Notes: generated by a model from the letters alone, not told the origin. 54,490 bases of DNA from Gemmatimonadales bacterium (GCA_038321865.1 JBBQFH010000020.1:1-54490); one strand, 5' to 3'. Positions 1 through 9,889 are shown, counted from the stretch's first letter. Made by a program: numbers and translations.

Positions 1-332
1 ATGGCGAACTCATCGAGGTTGGTCTTGGCGGCGAGCAGCGCTCCGGCCATGCGGAGCCGTTCGACGACCGTCGCGTCGTAGGGCGAGACGTATCCTTTCA
101 GGATTCGAGATGCGCAGGTGGTCGGCGCGTCGATGGTCGCCAGGTTGTCCTTGAGCGCGACGGGCATCGCGGCGAGCGGCAGCGACTCGCCTCCGGCCAG
201 CCGGGCATCGATGCGCGCCGATTGCTCATCGAGGCTCGCCTGGGACCAGTGCAGCGTCGCGTTGAGGCCATCCGCATCGCACTTCGCGAGCGAGGCCCCC
301 GCGGCACGCGCGGCGAGGGCGGCGAGGCTCAC
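1..332 (-). CDS. gatA: Asp/Glu-tRNA amidotransferase subunit A, N-terminal part (runs off the window edge)
   Basis: Hand translation gives ...[38 protein letters not shown]...KTNLDEFA, the amidase signature. The GTG start overlaps the gatC stop (GTGA). Confidence 0.93.
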   Translation of the reverse strand, partial: MSLAALAARAAGASLAKCDADGLNATLHWSQASLDEQSARIDARLAGGESLPLAAMPVALKDNLATIDAPTTCASRILKGYVSPYDATVVERLRMAGALLAAKTNLDEFA

Positions 333-628
333 TCGTCCTCCATGGCGCCGCGCCGCGGCACGAGAAAGAATCCGCCGGCGAATTCGGGCGCCATGGCGGA
401 AATCGGATGTGCCAGCGCCGCGGGCCGGACCACGTCCTCCCGCAGGCGCACTTCGGCGGGGCCGCCGAGGTATGGCGCCGCGGACTCGCCATCGGGGACC
501 TCATCGAGCTGGGCGACGTACTGCACGATACGGGAGACCTGCTCGACCAGGCGATCGAGCTCAGGGCCTTCGATCGCGATTTCGGCCAGCTGGGCCGCGT
601 GCAGCACCTGGTCCCGGCCGATGCTCAT
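329..628 (-). CDS. gatC: Asp/Glu-tRNA amidotransferase subunit C
   Basis: 99 aa with V.H.A.LA, LREDVV and [11 protein letters not shown] motifs; lies directly upstream of gatA. Confidence 0.92.
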   Translation of the reverse strand: MSIGRDQVLHAAQLAEIAIEGPELDRLVEQVSRIVQYVAQLDEVPDGESAAPYLGGPAEVRLREDVVRPAALAHPISAMAPEFAGGFFLVPRRGAMEDE

Positions 629-2901
629 GCGCTCTCCATTTCGCGCTCGAGGCCCGCATACGCCACGAGCAGGTTTTTCACTCCGATTTCCTCGTCGTCA
701 AAACTCACGACCACCTTGAGGTCGCGTCCGGCTCCGCTGAGTCCCTGAATGGTGCCACTGCCGAAGCGGCGGTGCCTGACACGTTCGCCCTTCACGAAGC
801 GCGGCGAGTCCTGCGACGCTTCCTCCGCGGGGAGCTCGCTCCGGGAGCTCGCCGCCGGGGTGGCACCGCTGCGCCACCCCGCCCTGCCCGCATCGCGGCG
901 CGGTGCACCCGATCCCCACGCCGGTGCCCAGAGCGAGGTAGTTCGCTGCTCATCGATCGCGGCCGCGGGAATGGCGCGCAGAAATCGGGACGGCGCGCCG
1001 GGCCGGAGCTCGCCGCCGCGCCTTCGGGCCCGCGCCCAGGTGACGTAGAGCTTGTCCTTCGCCCGCGTGAGGCCGACGTAGCAGAGGCGGCGCTCCTCCT
1101 CGACGCCATCGGGCTGCTCGGCGGCGCGGGCCAGCGGGAACAGACCGTCCTCCAGTCCGGCGAGCACCACGACCGGCCACTCGAGCCCCTTCGCGGTGTG
1201 AAGCGTCATGATCGTGACACCGTCATCCGCTCCCTCGATGCTGTCGTGGGATGACAGCAGGGCGGCTTCGGCCAGGAAGCGCTGCAGCGGAGTGCCACCC
1301 TCCTCGTCCTCCGGCAGCACGACTTCCGACCAGTTTGCCGCGCTGGCGACGAGCTCGCGAACGTTGTCCCAGCGATCGGCCCCTTCGGGGCCCTCAGCCT
1401 GGAGCACCGCTTCGTAGTCGATGGACCGGATGATCTGTTCCAGCACGTCGGCCGGCGCAAGATGCTCGGCGCGGTCGGCGAACTCGTCAATGAACGCCGC
1501 GTAGGCCTGGAACGCGTCGCGAACGTTTGGACGCAGGTCCTGGATCGTCGAGGCCAGGCGGGCGGTGTCAAGCAGCGTCTTGCCCCAGGCAGACGCCTGC
1601 CGGCCCAGCGTGGCGAGACTGGTCTCACCCAGCCCACGGCGGGGCACGCTGACCGCGCGGAGGAAGGCCTCGTCGTCGGCAGGGTTCGCGACGAGCCGCA
1701 GATAGGCCAGCAGATCCTTCACCTCACGCCGGTCGTAGAAGCTCGTGGCCCCCACGAGCCGATATGGAATCCCGGCGCGCCGAAACGCCTCCTCAAACGC
1801 CCGGGACTGCGCATTGGTCCGGTAGAGCACGGCCATGTCGCGATAGCCCCAGTCGCCCGCGGCGCTGCGCCGCTCCAGCTCGCGCGCCACCCACTCGGCC
1901 TCGTCCCGCTCATCCGCCGCGGCCAGCACGGTCACCTGCTCTCCGCCCTTCCGGCGGGTGCGCAGCGTCTTCCCGATGCGACCGCTGTTCTCCGCGATCA
2001 CGCCGTTCGCGGCGTCGAGCACGATCTGCGTCGAGCGGTAGTTCTCCTCCAGCCGAACCAGCTTGGTGGCCGGAAAATCCTCCTGAAATTCGCGCATGTT
2101 CCGCACGTCGGCGCCGCGCCAGCCGTAGATGGACTGGTCGTCATCGCCGACCGCGGCCACGTTGCCATGCGCACTGAGCAGACGGATGAGCTGGTACTGC
2201 GCCTTGTTCGTGTCCTGAAACTCATCGACGAGCACGAATCTGAAACGATCCTGATACAGTGCCAGGCGGTCGGGAAAGTCCCGGAACAGCGTCAGCGGGT
2301 GCAGCAGCAGATCGTCGAAATCCATCGCGTTGGCCGATTTGAGGGCCGGGCCGAGCGCGCTGAAAACGTCCGCCGCAACCTGCACGAGCCGGTCGAATGG
2401 CGAGCTCGCGGCGAGTCCGGACGGCTGGAGCATCCGGTTCTTGGCCCCGGAGATGATGGAGGCCACCACCCTGGGTGTGAAGGTCTTCACCGGATGGCCG
2501 CGCTGGTCCATGAGGCGGCGGATCAGGCTCAGCCGATCGTCTTCGTCATAGATCGTGAACCGCGGCGAGAAGCCGAGGAAGCCGCCCTCCCGTCGGAGCA
2601 GCCGCGCCGACAGGGAATGGAAGGTACCGATCCACAATCCGGATGGATCCCGCTCGAGGAGCTGGCCGATCCGGTGCTTCATCTCGCCGGCGGCCTTGTT
2701 GGTGAACGTGACGGCGAAGATTCGCTCGGGAGCCACACCGTGCTTGTCGATCAGGCTCGCGATCCGGGTCGTCAGGACGCGCGTCTTGCCCGACCCGGCG
2801 CCCGCGAGCACCAGCAGCGGCCCGTGCACATGTTCGACGGCCTCGCGCTGGGCGGGGTTAAGCGATCGGCTCCAGTCGCGTTCGGTCGGGCTGTCGATCA
2901 T
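625..2901 (-). CDS. pcrA: UvrD/PcrA superfamily 1 DNA helicase
   Basis: AGAGSGKT, DEFQDTN, VGDDDQSIYGWRGA, ENYRS, HTAKGLEW, EEERRLCYVGLTRA and a C-terminal Tudor-like GERVRHRRFG motif. Confidence 0.95.
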   Translation of the reverse strand: MIDSPTERDWSRSLNPAQREAVEHVHGPLLVLAGAGSGKTRVLTTRIASLIDKHGVAPERIFAVTFTNKAAGEMKHRIGQLLERDPSGLWIGTFHSLSARLLRREGGFLGFSPRFTIYDEDDRLSLIRRLMDQRGHPVKTFTPRVVASIISGAKNRMLQPSGLAASSPFDRLVQVAADVFSALGPALKSANAMDFDDLLLHPLTLFRDFPDRLALYQDRFRFVLVDEFQDTNKAQYQLIRLLSAHGNVAAVGDDDQSIYGWRGADVRNMREFQEDFPATKLVRLEENYRSTQIVLDAANGVIAENSGRIGKTLRTRRKGGEQVTVLAAADERDEAEWVARELERRSAAGDWGYRDMAVLYRTNAQSRAFEEAFRRAGIPYRLVGATSFYDRREVKDLLAYLRLVANPADDEAFLRAVSVPRRGLGETSLATLGRQASAWGKTLLDTARLASTIQDLRPNVRDAFQAYAAFIDEFADRAEHLAPADVLEQIIRSIDYEAVLQAEGPEGADRWDNVRELVASAANWSEVVLPEDEEGGTPLQRFLAEAALLSSHDSIEGADDGVTIMTLHTAKGLEWPVVVLAGLEDGLFPLARAAEQPDGVEEERRLCYVGLTRAKDKLYVTWARARRRGGELRPGAPSRFLRAIPAAAIDEQRTTSLWAPAWGSGAPRRDAGRAGWRSGATPAASSRSELPAEEASQDSPRFVKGERVRHRRFGSGTIQGLSGAGRDLKVVVSFDDEEIGVKNLLVAYAGLEREMESA

Positions 2902-4073
2902 GTCGTGCGGTCCGCCAATGGCATGCGAATGAGAAAGGTGCTGCCGTGTTCCGATGGCTCGAGCGACAACTCACCCTGATGGTTGTCTTCGACCACCCTG
3001 CGCGCCAGCGCCAGCCCGATGCCCCAGCCACCGCGCTTGGTGCTGATGCCGGGCTGGAACAGCGTTCGCCGGATTTCCTTGGGCACACCGGGACCGTCGT
3101 CGCTCACGCGGACCTCGCCCATGCCGCCGGCCGCGCCCACCCGAAGCGCGATGGCCCCGGTTCGGCCCTGCAGGGCATCGATCGCGTTCTTCACCAGCGC
3201 TTCGAGCGCCCATTCCAGCAGGACCGGATCCCCCACGACGAGCGGACCCGCCCCCGGCGCTTCCACCCTCAGCTCGACCTGGTTGGCGTGCCGCGGCAGT
3301 CGAGGCCGGAAATATCCGGCAACCCTGTCCGCCAGCGCGCCAAGCCCGATGGGCTCGCGCCGGGCAGGATTGCCAATGCGCTCGAAGCGCTGTGCCACGC
3401 GCTCCAGCCGTTCCGCATCCGCCGCGAGATGGTCGGCGAGATTGGCCGGCGGCGTCGGCCGCGAGCGGACGCTCTCGATCCATCCCTGGAGGCTGGTGAG
3501 CGGCGTGCCCATCTGGTGCGCGGCCTCACGCGCCATCGCGACCCACAGCCGGTCGCGTTGGGCCGCCATGGCACTCCGATAGGCGAAGACCGCGACCGCA
3601 ACCATGACGAAGATGGTCAGCGCCTGGAGGATCGCGAGCGCGGTGAGCTGCCGTTGGGCGGGCATCGGCCCGTAATGCACCGTCGTCCCAAGGAGCGAGT
3701 CGCGGATGGGTGGGTTGGTTCGATCGAGGCGGGCGGCAAACGCCTTCAGCGCTTCGGCGTCGAGCGGTGCCAGCCGAAGCGGCGATGGCAGGTTTGCGGC
3801 CTCGGTCACCCGGCCCGCGGCGTCGGTCACGACGAGCGGGAGGCCGAGGGCCCGCACCTGCTCTCCAAGCCGCAGCAGCGCCGCACCTTCACCGCCTGGT
3901 GTGGAACTGCTCAGCCCTTCGAAGACACCGGAGTAGAGTCGGCTCGTCGCGCGCGCATCCGCCTGGAAGTGGCGGGCGACGAGCATGCTCGTGCCCATGC
4001 TGATGCCAGCCAGCAGCGCCACCAGGAGCACCGCCGCCGTGGGCGCGAGCCGGCGGACCCGGTCCCTAGGCAC
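2898..4073 (-). CDS. Membrane sensor histidine kinase (orphan)
   Basis: Two TM segments, H-box AREAAHQMGTPL, N-box LVKNAIDA, G1 DDGPG and G2 GWGIGL. Confidence 0.9.
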   Translation of the reverse strand: MPRDRVRRLAPTAAVLLVALLAGISMGTSMLVARHFQADARATSRLYSGVFEGLSSSTPGGEGAALLRLGEQVRALGLPLVVTDAAGRVTEAANLPSPLRLAPLDAEALKAFAARLDRTNPPIRDSLLGTTVHYGPMPAQRQLTALAILQALTIFVMVAVAVFAYRSAMAAQRDRLWVAMAREAAHQMGTPLTSLQGWIESVRSRPTPPANLADHLAADAERLERVAQRFERIGNPARREPIGLGALADRVAGYFRPRLPRHANQVELRVEAPGAGPLVVGDPVLLEWALEALVKNAIDALQGRTGAIALRVGAAGGMGEVRVSDDGPGVPKEIRRTLFQPGISTKRGGWGIGLALARRVVEDNHQGELSLEPSEHGSTFLIRMPLADRTT

Positions 4074-5349
4074 GCGCCGCGAGCCGGTCGGACCCGAAGT
4101 ACGGCGTCAACGCCTCCGGAATCCGCACCGAGCCGTCCGCGGTCTGGTTGTTCTCGAGGAGCGCGATGATCGTGCGAGGGAACGCGAGGCCCGAGGCGTT
4201 GAGCGTATGGACGAACTCGGGCTTCGCCCCGGCCTCGGGCCGGAAGCGGATGTTGGCGCGCCGCGCCTGGAAATCGGTGAACGTGCTGGAGCTCGACACC
4301 TCCAGCCAGGCATCGACACCAGGTGCCCACGCCTCGAGGTCGTAGGTGCGAGCGGCGCCGAAGCCGGTGTCGCCCGCGGCGAGCTCGAGGACGCGGTACG
4401 GCAGCTGCAGCCGCTGGAGGACGGTCTCCGCGTGGCCCGTGAGCAGCTCATGCTCTGCGGCGGAATCGTCGGGCCGCGTCAGCCGCACCAGCTCCACCTT
4501 GTCGAACTGGTGCACCCGGATCAGGCCGCGGGTGTCCTTGCCGTGGGCACCGGCCTCGCGCCGAAAACACGGTGTATACGCCACGAACGTCGCCGGCAGC
4601 GCGGCGGCATCGAGCACTTCGTCCCGGTGGATGTTGGTGACCGGGACCTCCGCGGTCGGGATCAGGAAGACGTCGTCGGCGGCGCAGGCGTAGAGATCGT
4701 CCTCGAACTTGGGCAGCTGGCCCGTGCCGGTCAGCGTGGCACGGCTCACCACGTAAGGAGGGGCGACCTCGGTGTAGCCATGCTCCCGCGTGTGCAGATC
4801 GAGCATGAAGTTGGCGAGCGCGCGGATCAGGCGCGCACCCTGACCAGTGAACAGCGGAAATCCTGATCCCGCGATCTTGGCGCCGCGCGGCAGGTCGAAC
4901 AACCCGAGTGCGGTCCCCAGTTCCCAGTGCGGCTTCGGGACGAAGTCGAATGCCGGTCGCGTCCCCCAGGTGCGCACCACGCGATTGGCCGCCGCACCGC
5001 CGTCGGGGAGGTCCGGCAGCGGAAAGTTCGGCAGCCGCATCGCCGCGGCGTCGAGGGTTGCCTCCACCTCCCGGATCTCGACGTCGAGGAGCTTCACCTC
5101 ATCGCCGGAGGTCTTGAGGTGGCTGAGCAGCGCATCGGCGGCCTGCCCCGCTTTCTTCGCCCGGGCGACTTCCTCGGTTGCGGCGTTCCGCTCCGCTTTC
5201 CGCTGCTCGACGTGCGTCACAAGTTCGCGGCGCCGCGCATCGAGCGCGAGCACGCGATCGAGGAGCGGGCCGATGGAGTCGTCCAGCCGGCGGCCGAGCG
5301 CGACCCGCGCCGCGTCGGGGTCCTGTCGCAGTCGCTTGAGATCGATCAC
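4066..5349 (-). CDS. serS: Seryl-tRNA synthetase
   Basis: N-terminal coiled-coil arm; TGQLPKF, LIPTAEVP, CFRREAG, GLIRVHQFDKVE, EVSSSS.F.DFQARR and HTLNASGLA. Confidence 0.97.
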   Translation of the reverse strand: MIDLKRLRQDPDAARVALGRRLDDSIGPLLDRVLALDARRRELVTHVEQRKAERNAATEEVARAKKAGQAADALLSHLKTSGDEVKLLDVEIREVEATLDAAAMRLPNFPLPDLPDGGAAANRVVRTWGTRPAFDFVPKPHWELGTALGLFDLPRGAKIAGSGFPLFTGQGARLIRALANFMLDLHTREHGYTEVAPPYVVSRATLTGTGQLPKFEDDLYACAADDVFLIPTAEVPVTNIHRDEVLDAAALPATFVAYTPCFRREAGAHGKDTRGLIRVHQFDKVELVRLTRPDDSAAEHELLTGHAETVLQRLQLPYRVLELAAGDTGFGAARTYDLEAWAPGVDAWLEVSSSSTFTDFQARRANIRFRPEAGAKPEFVHTLNASGLAFPRTIIALLENNQTADGSVRIPEALTPYFGSDRLAARA

Positions 5350-5355
5350 GGCGTC

Positions 5356-5922
5356 CTACCGAAGCGGGAGGCCAGGCTCGAGACCGCTGTAACCGCAGTT
5401 GTTGTCGGTGAGTACGCGGAACGTGACGGTCCGGACGGCGGGATCGAGATTGATGGCCGTGATCTGGATCTTGCCGTACTGCGGGACGCCGAGCGTGGAA
5501 CAGACGACGCGCGAGCGGGCGACGTAGACGTCGCCGACGGCGATGTGAACCGTGTCGGCGGTCGCATAGCCGTTCCGCGGCGCATCGAGGATGCTCTCGA
5601 ATGTCTGGTCGGATTTGATGAAACCGGCGTTGGTGCCGGTGGTGACGCCGAGCCCGAGGACGAAGAGCGGCAGCAGCACCGGCTGGCCTGCGGGATCGAT
5701 ATTGAACGCAAAGTCGAATGCCGCGCCCTGATCTATGCGCACGGTGGCGGGTGCCGTCAGGGAATACGCACTGGGCGTCGCGATCGGCGTCCCGGTCAGG
5801 GCGTAGAGCGTGACCGACGTCTCGACATTGGTGATCGTCGCGTTGGCGAGGTCGTTCGGATTGCCGCAGGCGGCGGCGAGGCCGGCGAACGCCAGGGCGA
5901 GAGAGGCAGTGAATCGGCGCAT
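5356..5922 (-). CDS. Uncharacterised lipoprotein
   Basis: Signal peptide with lipobox LAAA-C, a beta-rich mature part and an upstream promoter. Confidence 0.75.
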   Translation of the reverse strand: MRRFTASLALAFAGLAAACGNPNDLANATITNVETSVTLYALTGTPIATPSAYSLTAPATVRIDQGAAFDFAFNIDPAGQPVLLPLFVLGLGVTTGTNAGFIKSDQTFESILDAPRNGYATADTVHIAVGDVYVARSRVVCSTLGVPQYGKIQITAINLDPAVRTVTFRVLTDNNCGYSGLEPGLPLR

Positions 5923-5931
5923 TGAACCGGA

Positions 5932-5960
5932 AGGTTAAGGGCGGTGCCAAGAGCGGTCAA
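5932..5960 (-). promoter_or_regulatory. Sigma70-type promoter for the lipoprotein-serS-kinase-pcrA-gatCA run
   Basis: TTGACC-17-TAACCT, 9 nt upstream of the ATG at 5922. Confidence 0.6.
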
Positions 5961-5974
5961 CCCACCATCTTTTC

Positions 5975-6003
5975 TTGACTTCGACCCTGTCGGCCTCTAC
6001 GTT
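5975..6003 (+). promoter_or_regulatory. Sigma70-type promoter, divergent, for the roadblock-manC cluster
   Basis: TTGACT-17-TACGTT. Confidence 0.6.
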
Positions 6004-6039
6004 GACGAGTCCTTTTTCCCCTGTCGCGGAGCGCAGCGA

Positions 6040-6456
6040 ATGGCTGGTTTGGCGGAAGTCGTCCGCGCGCTCGCGGCGCGCGACGGTGTCGCTGCCGTCG
6101 TCGTCGTCAGCCCGGACGGGCTGCCGATCGACCACGCCTCCCGCCAGGGCTGCGATGCCGATGCGCTCTCCGCCCTCGCGGCCACCCTCCTTCGGCCGGC
6201 CGGCCGGCTGGGTGACACCGTGGGCCATGGAGCGCTCGCGCGCGTCGTGCTCGAATATGCCGGCGGCCTTGCCATCATCGCCGTGCTGAGTGACGGGAAC
6301 GCGCTCGCGGTGCTGACGGACAGCGGGAGCGACGCCGGCACGCTGCTATACGACCTGCGCCGGCATGCGCCGGCGCTCAATGCGCTGCTCCAAGGCGCAA
6401 CCGATCATTCGACCACTGGTGCCGACCTTGCCGGCTCTCCCGAACGACGTGCGTGA
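6040..6456 (+). CDS. Roadblock/LC7 (MglB-like) domain protein
   Basis: L......GV.AVVVVSPDGLPI...DALSALAA...G.L..VVLEY.GG...L.VLT....G.L.Y pattern. The ATG at 6040 is preferred because it lies downstream of the promoter. Confidence 0.8.
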   Translation: MAGLAEVVRALAARDGVAAVVVVSPDGLPIDHASRQGCDADALSALAATLLRPAGRLGDTVGHGALARVVLEYAGGLAIIAVLSDGNALAVLTDSGSDAGTLLYDLRRHAPALNALLQGATDHSTTGADLAGSPERRA

Positions 6457-6471
6457 CGTCGCAGATTTCCA

Positions 6472-7497
6472 ATGAGGTGGGCTGTGTTGCTCGCCGGCGG
6501 ATCCGGCACCCGGTTCTGGCCGCTCAGCACGCCGAACAATCCCAAACAACTGCTTCCCCTCGCTGGACCAGGGTCGACCGCGGAGGACGCGGTGGGCCGC
6601 CTCGACGGACTGATCCCGCCGGAGCGCGTACTCGTCGTGACGGGTGCGGCGCTCGCCCCCAGACTTCAAGAGCGACTGGGAGTTCCGGCGGAGAACTATT
6701 TGGTCGAACCCCGTGCCGCATCGACCGGGCCAGCGCTTTTCTGGGCATCGTGGGAGGCCAGCCGGCGGGATCCGGAGGCCGAAGTGCTCTCGATGCACGC
6801 CGACTGGGCGATCGGAGACGCGGAGGCGTTTCGGCAGACCGCGGAGACGGCGCTCGCCTGCGGCACGCTGCACGACCGGCTGGTCACGGTCGGCATCGTG
6901 CCCTCGCGGCCCGAGACCGGATACGGCTACATCGTGCCGGGCGGGCCACTGGATGGCTCCGCGCGCAACGTCGCCCGCTTTTCGGAAAAGCCCGATGCGG
7001 CCACCGCGCTGGACCTCATGGCGGCCGGGGCGTTGTGGAACACGGGGCTGTTCGCCTGGCCCGCCGCCCGCCTGTTCCGCGAAGTGGAGCAGCACACTCC
7101 GGAAATCGCGCCGCATGTCGCCGCGCTTGCGCGGGGCGACGTGGAAGGGTTCTTTCGCGACGTCACGCCGATCTCCATCGACGTGGGGGTGCTGGAGCGA
7201 AGCCGCGCCGTCGCAGTGGTCAGCGGCGCCTTCGCGTGGGATGACGTCGGCACCTGGGAGGCACTCACCCGCGTCCGGGCGAAGGATCCGGCGGGGAACG
7301 TCGTGGTGGGGTCCGCGTTCATGCACCAGTCGCACGACTGCGTCGTCTGGGCCGAGAGCGATACGATCGTGGTGAGCGGTCTCGAGGACCTGATCGTGAT
7401 CCAGGCCCACGGCCGCGTCCTGGTCATGCGGCGCGACCAGGCGGCCGATGTCAAACACCTGCTCGATGCCCTTCCCGACGAGATCCGCGACGTCTGA
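6472..7497 (+). CDS. manC: Mannose-1-phosphate guanylyltransferase
   Basis: LLAGGSGTRFWPLS...PKQLL, EP...TGPA, PETGYGYI, FSEKPD, WNTGLF, ISIDVGVLE and WDDVGTW. Confidence 0.9.
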   Translation: MRWAVLLAGGSGTRFWPLSTPNNPKQLLPLAGPGSTAEDAVGRLDGLIPPERVLVVTGAALAPRLQERLGVPAENYLVEPRAASTGPALFWASWEASRRDPEAEVLSMHADWAIGDAEAFRQTAETALACGTLHDRLVTVGIVPSRPETGYGYIVPGGPLDGSARNVARFSEKPDAATALDLMAAGALWNTGLFAWPAARLFREVEQHTPEIAPHVAALARGDVEGFFRDVTPISIDVGVLERSRAVAVVSGAFAWDDVGTWEALTRVRAKDPAGNVVVGSAFMHQSHDCVVWAESDTIVVSGLEDLIVIQAHGRVLVMRRDQAADVKHLLDALPDEIRDV

Positions 7498-7498
7498 C

Positions 7499-8674
7499 GT
7501 GACCCCTCTCTACCTGCTCGAGCCACCGGGGCCCGGGTATGTCTGGTCCCCGTTCGACGGGGTGCGTCCCGTCGCGGAAATGCGCGCCGGCGCCTTCCGC
7601 CTGCGCGACCGCTGGCAGCGCGCCCTCGGCCTGACGCCTACTGCGATCCTCGGGGCATCGCTGGAGACCTTCCAGGACACGGACAGCCTCCCGTTGCGCC
7701 CGGCGATGCCAATCGACGGGCCGGCGATCGTCGCCGCTTCGTGGTTTGCCGCCGGACACGACGCCATCGTGCCGGCGCGCGGGGTCCTGCGTCTCACCTG
7801 TGGCGATGCGACCGTCGCGTGGCTGGTCCCGGCAGGCGCACGCTGGGAGGGCCCGACCGACCGGGGTGTCGCACAGCAGGTAGACGGCATCGTCCTCCGC
7901 GGCACCTTCGATCTCCTCACGGCGCTGGACGCCCTGCTGGCCGCGGACTGCGCTGCGCTCGCCGCCGCCGCCGGCGATTCCCTGCCGGACGGCACCATCG
8001 TGTTCGGCGAACGCGGCAATGTGGTGTCTCGAGGAGCGTCGGTCGAGCCCGGTGTGGTGTTCGACGTGCGGAACGGGGCGGTGATTCTCGAGGCCGGCGC
8101 CGAGATCCGCCACGGTACCCGCATCGAGGGTCCCTGTTACGTCGGCGAGGGAACGCGGGTGCTGGGCGGCTTCGTGCGCACCTCGGTGTTCGGGCCGCGC
8201 TGTGTCGTGCGGGGCGAGATCGCGTCGAGCGCGTTCTTCGGCTATGCCAACAAGAGCCATGACGGCTTCGTCGGGAGCAGCATCGTGGGCCAGTGGGTGA
8301 ATCTTGGCGCCGGCACGACGACATCGAATCTGAAGAACACCTATGGCCCGGTTCGGCTCGATGTCGCCGGGCACCGTCTGGATACCGGCCGTCTCAACGT
8401 GGGGAGCCTGATCGGGGACCACGCCAAGACCGCGATCGGCACCATGCTGGCCACCGGCACCGTGATCGGCGCGGGCGCGAACGTGTTCGGCGATGAGGGC
8501 GTGCCGAAGTATGTCCTGCCGTTCGCCTGGGGGAGCCGGAGTGACGAGCGCTTGAGCGAGGAGGGCTTCCTGCGGATCGCGGAACGGGTCATGCCACGGC
8601 GCAACGTGACGTTCACGGACGAGATCCGGCAGTCGCTAGCCGCGACCTACCGCCGCCTGACGGACGGCCTGTGA
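7499..8674 (+). CDS. GlmU-like putative sugar nucleotidyltransferase/acyltransferase with left-handed beta-helix
   Basis: N-terminal PF...RPVAEMRAG, hexapeptide repeats, NKSHDGF.G.S.VG.WVNLGAGT..SNLKNTY and GDHAKTAIGT. GTG start follows the manC stop. Confidence 0.8.
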   Translation: MTPLYLLEPPGPGYVWSPFDGVRPVAEMRAGAFRLRDRWQRALGLTPTAILGASLETFQDTDSLPLRPAMPIDGPAIVAASWFAAGHDAIVPARGVLRLTCGDATVAWLVPAGARWEGPTDRGVAQQVDGIVLRGTFDLLTALDALLAADCAALAAAAGDSLPDGTIVFGERGNVVSRGASVEPGVVFDVRNGAVILEAGAEIRHGTRIEGPCYVGEGTRVLGGFVRTSVFGPRCVVRGEIASSAFFGYANKSHDGFVGSSIVGQWVNLGAGTTTSNLKNTYGPVRLDVAGHRLDTGRLNVGSLIGDHAKTAIGTMLATGTVIGAGANVFGDEGVPKYVLPFAWGSRSDERLSEEGFLRIAERVMPRRNVTFTDEIRQSLAATYRRLTDGL

Positions 8675-9483
8675 CCACGCTGTACGTCCTGGGCTCCGGC
8701 TCGAGGGGAAATTGCTTCGCGGTCGAGTGCGGCGGGGCCAGCCTGCTGGTCGATGCCGGCTTCAGCATGAAGGAGATTCAGCGACGGGCCGCGCTCGCTG
8801 GGCTTCCACTCGATGCCGTGGTGGGCATCGCGCTGACACACGAGCATGGGGACCACGCGTGCGGCGCGGCGCGCCTCGCCCGCGTGCTCGGCGTGCCGGT
8901 ACTGACCGCCGCCGGCACCTGGGACAGCCTTTGCGCCGCGATGGAGGGTGCCGAGCATCGCGTGCTCAGCCTGACGATGCCCGCCGCGGCCGGAGCCTTC
9001 CGGGTCCGTGCGTGTCCCACCAGTCACGACGCCGTCGAGCCACTCGCGCTGGTGGTGGACGCGCCGGACGGCACCAGCGTCGGCATCGCCTATGATCTCG
9101 GGCGGCCGACCGCGGCGCTGCGTTACCTGTTCCGCGGGCTCACCGCCGTCGTGCTCGAGGCCAACCACGACGACGTACTCCTCCGCACGAGCGGATACCC
9201 GCCCTCGGTTCAGCAACGAATCGCCGGCGTGGGGGGCCACCTGTCGAACCGCGCGGCGGCCGAGCTGCTGACCGAGATCCATCACGATGGGCTGGGAGTC
9301 GTGGTGCTGGCGCACCTGAGCCAGCGATGCAACGACGCGATGGCAGCTCGCGCGGTGATCGAACCGGCGCTCCGGCGGGTCGGCTTTCGCGGCGACCTGC
9401 ACGTCGCGCTTCAGGACGAGCCACTGTCGCCGCTCCGCGTGACCGCCCCGCGGCGGGTGCAGATGGCGCTCGAGCTCTTCTAG
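8671..9483 (+). CDS. MBL-fold metallo-hydrolase (YycJ/WalJ-like)
   Basis: LGSGSRGN, DAGFS, THEHGDH, SHDA, LEANHD, GHLSN and LAHLS. Confidence 0.85.
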   Translation: MTTLYVLGSGSRGNCFAVECGGASLLVDAGFSMKEIQRRAALAGLPLDAVVGIALTHEHGDHACGAARLARVLGVPVLTAAGTWDSLCAAMEGAEHRVLSLTMPAAAGAFRVRACPTSHDAVEPLALVVDAPDGTSVGIAYDLGRPTAALRYLFRGLTAVVLEANHDDVLLRTSGYPPSVQQRIAGVGGHLSNRAAAELLTEIHHDGLGVVVLAHLSQRCNDAMAARAVIEPALRRVGFRGDLHVALQDEPLSPLRVTAPRRVQMALELF

Positions 9484-9493
9484 CGCCTGCCGG

Positions 9494-9889
9494 CTACCGC
9501 GCGCTCGCCCCGTCGGGATCGGGCGGCACCGGGACGGTTGCGGGACGCGGCGTTGGTGGGCCCGCGCGCTGGAAGCTTACCGGCTTTGTCAGATCGCCTT
9601 CCGAGAGCGTCAACGTCTGACCTTTCAGCTTCAGCTTGTAGTCCTCCCACTCTCCCCCGATCGCAAGCCACAACCGGTCTCCCTTGAGCCGCCACCGTGC
9701 CGTCTCGGTACCCCAGCTCGCGCTGCTGTCCTCCCGGACGATGACCAGCCGCGGGGCGTCCTTCCGCCGGGCAAGTTGTGCCGCATCGACGCGCCAGGTT
9801 CCGATTACGGTCGGCCGCGCTGACTGCGCGGTTACCGTGGTCGCCAGGCATCCGAGCGCGAGGCTTATGAGTAGTGCGGTGGGTCTCAC
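9494..9889 (-). CDS. Secreted hypothetical protein (possibly a lipocalin-like beta barrel)
   Basis: Signal peptide from GTG 9889, a VIGTW motif and alternating beta strands; has its own promoter. Confidence 0.6.
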   Translation of the reverse strand: MRPTALLISLALGCLATTVTAQSARPTVIGTWRVDAAQLARRKDAPRLVIVREDSSASWGTETARWRLKGDRLWLAIGGEWEDYKLKLKGQTLTLSEGDLTKPVSFQRAGPPTPRPATVPVPPDPDGASAR

